A DNA stretch of 64,000 nucleotides, taken from IMG/VR virus record IMGVR_UViG_3300034093_003283. The stretch is one strand, 5' to 3'. This stretch comes from a virus. The notes below the pieces were generated by a model. It had not been told where the DNA came from and made no database searches. It was given only the letters and a program-made list of their open reading frames with translations. The position numbers were made by a program, and so were the translations under genes. This document shows, one piece after another, positions 56,649 to 64,000 of this stretch (positions are counted from its first letter, which is position 1; every line of letters starts with the position of its first letter).

Positions 56649-57271
56649 TGGAACTATCTAAAGAACAACTAAAACAATTATTGCCGAAGAATCCATACAT
56701 TGACCAGTGGCATCATGCCCTAGAGCAGTTGTTGCCAGAATATGAAATCAATACACCACAACGTATTGCAGCTTTCATTGCACAATGTTCACATGAATCT
56801 GGTGGTTTCACAGCATTACAAGAAAATCTAAACTACAAGCCACCAACTCTACGCAAGTTGTTTGCTAAGTATTTTCCTAATGATGAAATTGCAATACAGT
56901 ATGCATCTAAGCCAAATAAACAAGAAGCTATTGCTAATAGGATATATGCTAGCCGTATGGGCAATGGCGATGAATCTTCTGGTGATGGCTATAGGTATCG
57001 TGGCCGTGGTCTTATCCAGTTGACTGGTAAAGACAACTACACATTCTTTGCTGGCTCATTACAAATTTCTGTAGAAGAAGCAGCCGAGTACATGGCAACA
57101 TTTGAAGGAGCCGCACAGTCAGCTTGCTGGTTCTGGGAAACAAACAACTTGAACCAATGGGCGGACAAAGGTGATATTGTTACATTGACAAAACGAATCA
57201 ACGGTGGTACCATTGGTCTTGATGACCGAATCAAACATTACGAACATGCACTTCATGTTTTAGGAGTTTGA
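56648..57271 (+). CDS. GH19 endolysin
   Basis: FIAQCSHES, YRGRGLIQLTG, INGG. Confidence 0.92.
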   Translation: MELSKEQLKQLLPKNPYIDQWHHALEQLLPEYEINTPQRIAAFIAQCSHESGGFTALQENLNYKPPTLRKLFAKYFPNDEIAIQYASKPNKQEAIANRIYASRMGNGDESSGDGYRYRGRGLIQLTGKDNYTFFAGSLQISVEEAAEYMATFEGAAQSACWFWETNNLNQWADKGDIVTLTKRINGGTIGLDDRIKHYEHALHVLGV

Positions 57272-57272
57272 T

Positions 57273-57572
57273 ATGAACGATAAAAAACTATTTTTTGTTG
57301 CAATGGGCTTACTAGTATTGCCGCTTGCACTAGCCTTCTTTGGAGGTGATAGATTTCGTTATCCATGTCAAGACCCAGATAACTGGGAAAAAGATATTTG
57401 TAAATTACCAAGATGTGATGTGACAAGAACATGTCCTGAACATATTTTTAAAGGTCAACGTGACCCCAGAATAGGACCCCCAAAAGATGGACAAACTCAA
57501 ACAACTACGGCAGTGGTTCCAACACCGGCTTGCCAAGCACCAACAACACAAGGAGCAAATTGTGGAAAATAA
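57273..57572 (+). CDS. Exported Cys-rich protein
   Basis: Signal anchor, FRYPCQDP, several Cys. Confidence 0.6.
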   Translation: MNDKKLFFVAMGLLVLPLALAFFGGDRFRYPCQDPDNWEKDICKLPRCDVTRTCPEHIFKGQRDPRIGPPKDGQTQTTTAVVPTPACQAPTTQGANCGK

Positions 57573-58059
57573 TCAAATGTACACCGAAGACCAGTTGATG
57601 GCTAGATTGAAATTCTTTATTGGAATTTGCTTAGCCCTAACACTAACAGGCATTGTATTCGTTGTTCTATACTCAATCATTTTTGTTACACAGCCATTGA
57701 ATGCTATCAGTCCTATTGACCAGAAATTCTTTGAGTTGATTATTCCTATCGCTACATTCTTGACTGGTACTCTATCTGGTATCATGTTGGCGGGTAACGA
57801 TAAGGATGCACAGAAGGCTGCACTACAAGCGGCTAACAAAGGCTGGGACAAACCACCAACACCAATACAAAAAAATGAAACAACAACCAGCGCACCTTCC
57901 TTCTCTCCAACACCTAGCGTTTCTTCAACAGTCACGAACTCGTTTGGAACACAATCAATGGGCAGCGGAAATAGCTTTGGAAGCGTATCTCAGCCCCAAG
58001 TTGTCACAGGCTTCGGAGGCAAACCAGCCCCAGCGCCAGCCCCACAACCAGAACTATAA
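57562..58059 (+). CDS. Two-TM membrane protein (holin candidate)
   Basis: GTG after AGGAG; 2 TMs, low-complexity tail. Confidence 0.55.
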   Translation: MENNQMYTEDQLMARLKFFIGICLALTLTGIVFVVLYSIIFVTQPLNAISPIDQKFFELIIPIATFLTGTLSGIMLAGNDKDAQKAALQAANKGWDKPPTPIQKNETTTSAPSFSPTPSVSSTVTNSFGTQSMGSGNSFGSVSQPQVVTGFGGKPAPAPAPQPEL

Positions 58060-58275
58060 ATGAACTTCATACTAAGTATGTTATCAGACGGCACTAATAG
58101 TACCGTTTCTAGTAAAAGAGTAGTTACCCTTCTCGCATTCTTGTTATGCGGCGGAGGGTACATTGCTATGGTATATGGTTACCCAATAGATTCAAAGATT
58201 TTTGATTCTATGATGTATATTGTAATAGCAGGCTTAGGTTTTACAGCATCCGAAAAATTCACTAAAAAGGAATAA
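58060..58275 (+). CDS. Small two-TM holin-like protein
   Basis: SSKR motif, 2 TMs, charged C-terminus. Confidence 0.5.
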   Translation: MNFILSMLSDGTNSTVSSKRVVTLLAFLLCGGGYIAMVYGYPIDSKIFDSMMYIVIAGLGFTASEKFTKKE

Positions 58276-58277
58276 AA

Positions 58278-58484
58278 ATGAAATCAGTAGTATTATCCAT
58301 CGCTTTATTGTTTGGTATGTCAACAGCAGTTTACGCTGAGGCTGAAAAAACAAAAGTGTGTGTTGATGTTAAAGACAAAGAAGGTAAGCCTGTTAAAGAT
58401 GCCAAAGGCAATGTAAAACAGAATTGCAAGGAAATGAAAGTGCATAAGAAACTAGAGGGCACAGAAGTTCCTGTGAAAAAATAA
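58278..58484 (+). CDS. Small secreted basic protein
   Basis: Signal peptide, 2 Cys. Confidence 0.55.
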   Translation: MKSVVLSIALLFGMSTAVYAEAEKTKVCVDVKDKEGKPVKDAKGNVKQNCKEMKVHKKLEGTEVPVKK

Positions 58485-58790
58485 ATGGCAACCACTGTAG
58501 AAAGAATTGGTATAGTTGAAACTAAGGTAGAAAACCTTAGTGAAAAGCTGGATGACTTGAAGGTTGATGTTAAGGAGATGCATGATTGCCTTGACAAGAC
58601 CAGAGACAGCTTGACAGATAAACTAAATGAGATGTATAATGCATCGTGTGAGCAACACTCCGAATTGGCCAAGAAGATTGGTAACCTGGAACAAATCCGT
58701 CAAAAAATGATTTGGATGGTAGCTGGTGGTGTTGCATTTGCCGGCATTCTTTCCGGTCATTTTGAAAAAATCGTTGCTTTTATCAATTGA
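58485..58790 (+). CDS. Coiled-coil protein with C-terminal TM
   Basis: Heptads then hydrophobic helix. Confidence 0.55.
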   Translation: MATTVERIGIVETKVENLSEKLDDLKVDVKEMHDCLDKTRDSLTDKLNEMYNASCEQHSELAKKIGNLEQIRQKMIWMVAGGVAFAGILSGHFEKIVAFIN

Positions 58791-58802
58791 TTGTTGTATA
58801 AT
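58774..58802 (+). promoter_or_regulatory. Sigma70 promoter for primase
   Basis: TTGCTT-17-TATAAT. Confidence 0.65.
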
Positions 58803-58834
58803 CTAGATTCTTTGCAATCTTTCTACTTTTTGTT

Positions 58835-59845
58835 ATGTCCGTTTTTATTGATAGAACCTTTCTGCTAAGGGTATCCCCGAAGCTTCAAAAATTCACACAG
58901 AAGAAGACTGACCTGTATAACTTCAGGTGTCCTCTCTGTGGCGATTCTTCCAAAAACAAAACCAAAGCTCGTGGTTATATTTTTGCCAAAAAGAACAACT
59001 ACTTTTATATGTGCCACAATTGTGGTGCATCCATTAACTTTTATAATTTTCTGGAAAAAGTAGACGAATCTCTTTGTAAAGAATATGCTTTGGAACGGTA
59101 TAAAAATGCCGACACGGGAACTAAAAATGAAAAACCAACCTTTGATGAATTTAAAACTGAAGCACCAAAGTTCAAAAAGAAATTGCAAATTCCTTCCATT
59201 GAATCGTTACCAGAAGCGCATTTTGCTAAGGCATATGTTCAATCCCGTAAAATTCCAGAGGCCTTTCATTCGGACTTATATTTTGCAGAGGACTTTAAAG
59301 GCTTTGTTGAAAAACTCGGTATCGAAAAGGAAGGTCTCAAGGAAGAGGACCCAAGATTGGTAATTCCTTTCTATGATGAAGATAAGAATCTAGTGGCCTT
59401 TCAAGGTCGAGCACTTGGTGAATCTAAGCTTAGATATATTACCATAAAGACCGACAACGACAACCACAAGTTGTTCGGCACAGACAGGATCAATCAGGAA
59501 GAGATGATTTATGTTGTGGAAGGTCCTATTGACTCCATGTTCTTAGAGAATGCCGTGGCCACTGCCGATTCAAATTTGATGGCCGCAGCTAAACATTTCG
59601 ACAAGTCTAAGATTGTATTGGTGTACGATAATGAACCACGAAATAAAGAACTACATAAGCAGATGGACAAGGCCATTGAGGAACACTACAATGTGGTAAT
59701 CTGGCCAGAAATGATTGAAGAAAAAGATGTAAATGATATGGTTTTGAATGGATTCTCACCTGACGAAATCCAAGATATCATAAGTAAACATACATTTGTG
59801 AATCTTAGAGCAAAAATGGAATTTATCAACTGGAAAAAGACTTGA
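58835..59845 (+). CDS. gp61: DNA primase
   Basis: CPLCGDS, CHNC, VEGPIDS, DNEPRN. Confidence 0.96.
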   Translation: MSVFIDRTFLLRVSPKLQKFTQKKTDLYNFRCPLCGDSSKNKTKARGYIFAKKNNYFYMCHNCGASINFYNFLEKVDESLCKEYALERYKNADTGTKNEKPTFDEFKTEAPKFKKKLQIPSIESLPEAHFAKAYVQSRKIPEAFHSDLYFAEDFKGFVEKLGIEKEGLKEEDPRLVIPFYDEDKNLVAFQGRALGESKLRYITIKTDNDNHKLFGTDRINQEEMIYVVEGPIDSMFLENAVATADSNLMAAAKHFDKSKIVLVYDNEPRNKELHKQMDKAIEEHYNVVIWPEMIEEKDVNDMVLNGFSPDEIQDIISKHTFVNLRAKMEFINWKKT

Positions 59846-59859
59846 ATGGAGATTTTGTT

Positions 59860-60504
59860 ATGAATGTAAAATTGATATCATACACACAGGGAGCAGACGG
59901 CAAGAATTTGTTGGAACAGGTTGCATATGCAGCCAGAGTCTCAAATCCTGCCAATCAAAATAATAGCGATACAGCTGAAAAGTTGGTTCGTTATCTTATC
60001 AAAAATCAACATTGGTCACCATTAGAAATGGTGAACATTTGTCTGGAGATAGAAACTACTAGAGATATTGCAAGGCAGATTTTGCGGCATCGTTCCTTTT
60101 CCTTTCAGGAATTCAGCCAGCGTTATGCTGTTGCGGACCTTGGTTGGGAATTAAAAGAAGCCAGATTACAAGATACTAAAAATAGACAAAACAGTATTGT
60201 GACTGACAACTTGGCCTTACAGGCCTGGTGGGAAACACAACAAAAAAGAGTTATAGATGCATCTCAAAGTGCATATGATTGGGCCATTCAAAATGGCATA
60301 GCAAAAGAACAAGCGAGGGCAGTGCTGCCGGAGGGTATAACAGTTTCTCGCTTATACATGAACGGAACGCTTCGTAGTTGGGTTCACTATATACAACTCC
60401 GCAGTGAAAAGGGAACACAAAAAGAACATCGTGATGTTGCGATACATTGTGCAGGTGTAATTGAACCAATTTTTCCTATGATTAAGGAATATGTAAATGC
60501 CTAA
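59860..60504 (+). CDS. thyX: Flavin-dependent thymidylate synthase
   Basis: RHRSFSFQEFSQRY. Confidence 0.96.
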   Translation: MNVKLISYTQGADGKNLLEQVAYAARVSNPANQNNSDTAEKLVRYLIKNQHWSPLEMVNICLEIETTRDIARQILRHRSFSFQEFSQRYAVADLGWELKEARLQDTKNRQNSIVTDNLALQAWWETQQKRVIDASQSAYDWAIQNGIAKEQARAVLPEGITVSRLYMNGTLRSWVHYIQLRSEKGTQKEHRDVAIHCAGVIEPIFPMIKEYVNA

Positions 60505-61294
60505 ACTTATTAATGATGTGAATTGGTTATCTTTAAGAGAAGGATTTTTAAACAATGAACCTTTTAATCATGTCATCATTGATAATTTTTTTACGGAAGA
60601 AACGGTAAATAATCTTTTATTGGAATTTCCAGATTATGAAAGTGAGAAATGGGATTTTCATTATTCGAATGCGATTGAAAATAAAAAGGCTTGCAACCAT
60701 TGGGATAAATTTCCAAAAACAACATACTTGGTTATGAGTTATCTTTGTGGACCAGAATTCAAAAAGATTGTGAAAGATATTACAGGACAAAAAAGTGTTC
60801 AAGCTGATGTTGGATTACATGGCGGTGGATGGCATGCTCATAAAACAAATGGTAAATTAAACATTCATTTGGATTATTCAATACATCCAAAATTAGGTTT
60901 AGAGAGAAAATATAATTTAATAATTTATTTAACACCAAATTGGTTACCTGAATGGGGTGGAGAACTGGAATTGTGGTCGCATGACAATGAAACAAATAGT
61001 GCAAAAGAATGTGTTAAAAGTATAGAAAATAAATTTAATCGTGCGGTGTTATTTCACACATTACAAAATTCTTGGCACGGTTTACCAGACAACTTAAATT
61101 GTCCAGATGGTGAAATGAGGAGAAGTCTTGCTATATACTATGTCACAGAACCAAGTGAAATTGCATCTCCAAGAAGTAAGGCTCTATTTGTTCCACATGG
61201 TGACCAAGTAAATGATGAATCTGTATTAAAATTGATAGAACAGCGAAGCAATATTGAAACAGCAAATCTGGTGTATAGAGAGAATAAAAAATAA
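60497..61294 (+). CDS. 2OG-Fe(II) oxygenase
   Basis: HLD, WGGEL, SWHG, RRS. Confidence 0.85.
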   Translation: MPKLINDVNWLSLREGFLNNEPFNHVIIDNFFTEETVNNLLLEFPDYESEKWDFHYSNAIENKKACNHWDKFPKTTYLVMSYLCGPEFKKIVKDITGQKSVQADVGLHGGGWHAHKTNGKLNIHLDYSIHPKLGLERKYNLIIYLTPNWLPEWGGELELWSHDNETNSAKECVKSIENKFNRAVLFHTLQNSWHGLPDNLNCPDGEMRRSLAIYYVTEPSEIASPRSKALFVPHGDQVNDESVLKLIEQRSNIETANLVYRENKK

Positions 61295-61321
61295 TGTATT
61301 GTAATAATAAGGAGTATATCA

Positions 61322-61681
61322 ATGAACAGTAAAGACGATGTTAAAACATTTATGATTGCATGTGGCCAAACTAAAAATGATTTTGGTCCTCAGGCAGAAT
61401 TGTATGTCGATTTGGTTATTGAAGAATTTAAAGAACTTATGACAGCATATGGCAACAGAGACAAAGTGGAAATTGCCGATGCATGTGCAGATTTGAAATG
61501 GGTCATTGAAGGATTGGAACACTCTTTAAATATTCCACAACAAGAAGTGTGGGATGAAGTATCAAGAAGCAATTTGGCCAAAATCAGCCCTAGTGGTAAA
61601 GTAGAAAAAAGAGAAGATGGTAAAGTGTTGAAACCTGAAGGTTGGACACCACCTAATATTAAAGCAATTATAAAGAGGTAA
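61322..61681 (+). CDS. MazG-like NTP pyrophosphohydrolase
   Basis: EEFKE, DACAD, SNLAK, DGKVLKP. Confidence 0.85.
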   Translation: MNSKDDVKTFMIACGQTKNDFGPQAELYVDLVIEEFKELMTAYGNRDKVEIADACADLKWVIEGLEHSLNIPQQEVWDEVSRSNLAKISPSGKVEKREDGKVLKPEGWTPPNIKAIIKR

Positions 61682-61687
61682 AAAGAT

Positions 61688-63472
61688 ATGGAATATATGG
61701 GTGTCAAAATAGACTTGGAAAAAGATAAACTATTTGATGAATTGGGAATAAAACGATTACAAGAATCGTACATGAAAGATGATGAAACCTCACCACAACA
61801 AAGATTTGCGTTTGTATCAAAAAGTTTTGGAAGTAATCCTGAACATGCTCAGCGCCTTTACGATTACGCCTCTAATCATTGGCTCAGTTATTCTACTCCA
61901 ATTCTTTCTTTTGGTCGTTCTAAGCGTGGGATGCCTATTTCGTGTTTCCTTAACTACATTGAAGATACTGCGGAGGGTCTAGTTGAAAACTTATCTGAAA
62001 CCAATTGGCTTAGTATGTACGGCGGCGGAGTGGGTATTGGCTTCGGCATTAGGTCTGCTGATGACAAGTCTACTGGTGTTATGCCTCACCTTAAAATTTA
62101 TGATGCATCTTCTTTGGCTTATCGTCAAGGCCGGACTCGCCGTGGTTCTTATGCCGCTTATCTTGACATATCTCACCCTGATATTATTCCGTTCCTAGAA
62201 ATGCGTAAACCAACAGGTGACCAAAATGTACGTTGCCTGAATTTACATCATGGTATTAATATCACCGATGACTTCATGTCACTTATTGAAAAATGTATGT
62301 TGGATCCAGAAGCAGACGATAGTTGGCAATTGAGAGATCCACACTCTGGTGAAGCGAGAGAAGTGGTCTCTGCAAAACATCTTTGGCAACAGATTCTTGA
62401 AATGCGTATGCACACCGGTGAACCATACATTCACTATATTGATACAAGCAATAGAATGTTGCCACAGTTTCTAAAAGACAAAGGATTGAAAGTGCATCAA
62501 TCAAATCTTTGTTCAGAAATTATTTTACCAACTAATGAACAACGTACCGCAGTGTGTTGTTTGTCCTCTTTAAATTTGGAACACTATGATGAATGGAAAG
62601 ACCATCCTACTTTTCTTCGTGATGTTGCTGAAATGCTTGACAATGTTCTTCAGTATTTTATCGATAATGCTCCTTCCACCATTCAGCGTGCAAAGTATTC
62701 TGCCAGTCGTGAGCGCAGCATTGGTGTCGGTGCTTTGGGTTTCCATGCTTATCTACAACGGAAGGGTGTCGCTTTTGAAGGTGTAATGGCCAAAGTCACA
62801 AACAATCAAATGTTCAAACAAATTAGAAGGGGATTAGATGAAGCTAATATCAGTTTGGGAAAAGAACGTGGCGAAGCTCCAGATGCTGTTGGCAGCGGTC
62901 AACGTTTCAGTCATCTTATGGCTATTGCTCCAAATGCTTCTTCGTCTATCATTATGGGAAATACTAGCCCTAGTATCGAACCTTATCGTGCTAATGCTTA
63001 TCGTCAGGACACGTTATCTGGCGCATTTCTAAACAAGAATCGTTGGCTAGATATAATCATCAAAGGTCTAACACAAACAGAGGAAGAATATAATGATATT
63101 TGGTCATCAATTATTGCAAATGATGGTTCAGTTCAACATTTGAATATTCTTGATGAAAATCAAAAAGCAGTATTCAAAACATCCATGGAAATTGACCAAC
63201 GTTGGGTGATTGAATTAGCTGCTGACCGACAAATGTACATCGATCAAGCACAATCGTTGAATTTGTTCTTCCGTCCAGATGCACACATCAAGTACATTCA
63301 TGCAATACACTTCATGGCATGGAAGAAGGGTGTGAAAACACTTTACTACTGCCGTTCAGAGAAATTGGCCAAGGCAGACAAAGTATCCAAGAAAATTGAA
63401 CGACAAGTTATCAAAGAACTGGATATGATTCAAGTAGCACAAGGAAATGACTGTATAGCCTGTGAGGGTTGA
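61688..63472 (+). CDS. nrdA: Ribonucleotide reductase class I alpha subunit
   Basis: SNLCSE, APNASS, TLYY, C-terminal CIAC; no ATP cone. Confidence 0.95.
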   Translation: MEYMGVKIDLEKDKLFDELGIKRLQESYMKDDETSPQQRFAFVSKSFGSNPEHAQRLYDYASNHWLSYSTPILSFGRSKRGMPISCFLNYIEDTAEGLVENLSETNWLSMYGGGVGIGFGIRSADDKSTGVMPHLKIYDASSLAYRQGRTRRGSYAAYLDISHPDIIPFLEMRKPTGDQNVRCLNLHHGINITDDFMSLIEKCMLDPEADDSWQLRDPHSGEAREVVSAKHLWQQILEMRMHTGEPYIHYIDTSNRMLPQFLKDKGLKVHQSNLCSEIILPTNEQRTAVCCLSSLNLEHYDEWKDHPTFLRDVAEMLDNVLQYFIDNAPSTIQRAKYSASRERSIGVGALGFHAYLQRKGVAFEGVMAKVTNNQMFKQIRRGLDEANISLGKERGEAPDAVGSGQRFSHLMAIAPNASSSIIMGNTSPSIEPYRANAYRQDTLSGAFLNKNRWLDIIIKGLTQTEEEYNDIWSSIIANDGSVQHLNILDENQKAVFKTSMEIDQRWVIELAADRQMYIDQAQSLNLFFRPDAHIKYIHAIHFMAWKKGVKTLYYCRSEKLAKADKVSKKIERQVIKELDMIQVAQGNDCIACEG

Positions 63473-64000
63473 ATGAAACCCACTATAGCATTGTTTATAC
63501 ATGATCCAAAGTGCTCAGTGCAAAGTGGTAATGGAATTATCAAAGCCTTAAATTCAAAGTACGAATTCAAAATATTTTCAAAGAATGAGTTGGAAGATGA
63601 TTTCTTTGATGATGTACAAATGATTGCAGTACCGGGTGGCTTTGGTGATTCCGATTCATATGATAGATTATTTAATTACAATGCATATCGTGTGAAAGAA
63701 TTTGTAAAGAATGGTGGTCACTATCTTGGTATTTGCATGGGTGCATATTGGGCAGGTAAACACTATCTCGATATTCTAGGTGTTGTAAAAGTTGAACAAT
63801 ATATAAAAAGACCAAACACAGATACAAGGCGACCACATGCAAAGAATATGCCAATCGTATGGAATGGCATAGATGATAACATGTTCTTTTATGACGGCTG
63901 TGCATTTGGACCAGGTCAGTATGAGATTGTTGCAAAGTATATGAATGATGATCCGATGGCTATCATAAAAGGTAGAATTGGTCTTATTGGTTGTCATCCC
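63473..64000 (+). CDS. Class I glutamine amidotransferase-like (BPL_N-type) protein, 3' truncated
   Basis: Own translation: VPGG, GGHYLGICMGAY. Confidence 0.75.
   Translation, partial: MKPTIALFIHDPKCSVQSGNGIIKALNSKYEFKIFSKNELEDDFFDDVQMIAVPGGFGDSDSYDRLFNYNAYRVKEFVKNGGHYLGICMGAYWAGKHYLDILGVVKVEQYIKRPNTDTRRPHAKNMPIVWNGIDDNMFFYDGCAFGPGQYEIVAKYMNDDPMAIIKGRIGLIGCHP

Noticed and set aside
33386-63472. Introns or inteins in gp43, gp41, thyX, nrdA
   Set aside because: Lengths are normal and motifs contiguous.
253-63997. Numerous short antisense or alternate-frame ORFs inside core genes
   Set aside because: Shadows of strongly biased coding sequence.
1-64000. Stop-codon recoding
   Set aside because: Core genes are full length under code 11 and no CTA/TTA/TCA anticodon was found.

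Overview
A 64-kb segment of a large, AT-rich T4-like myophage genome, almost all on the + strand. Order: head/tail core (gp17 C-term, 18, 19, 20, 67-like, 21, 22, 23, 3), uvsY/uvsW, gp55, gp47/46, def, gp45/44/62, regA, hsp20, then a stable-RNA region with 30 tRNAs covering all 20 amino acids plus several unexplained structured spacers. After that come a short minus-strand block (PBP-like peptidase), gp43, uvsX, gp41, a sugar-modification island, proteins with capsid-targeting-like N-termini, a lysis cassette, primase, thyX and nrdA. Top finding: a 39-codon leader ORF (25961-26080) directly upstream of the tRNA array. It encodes all 20 amino acids, its first 27 codons are all different, and it overlaps mutually exclusive antiterminator/terminator helices, i.e. 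a candidate ribosome-dependent attenuator sensing shortage of any tRNA. Other highlights: a dnaX-like -1 frameshift (A_AAA_AAG plus 11-bp stem) at 52167, rrn-like promoter/operator/boxA units in the tRNA array, a ROSE-like thermometer before hsp20, non-canonical tRNAs and candidate novel ncRNAs. All calls are by eye from motifs and synteny; no searches or folding programs were run.
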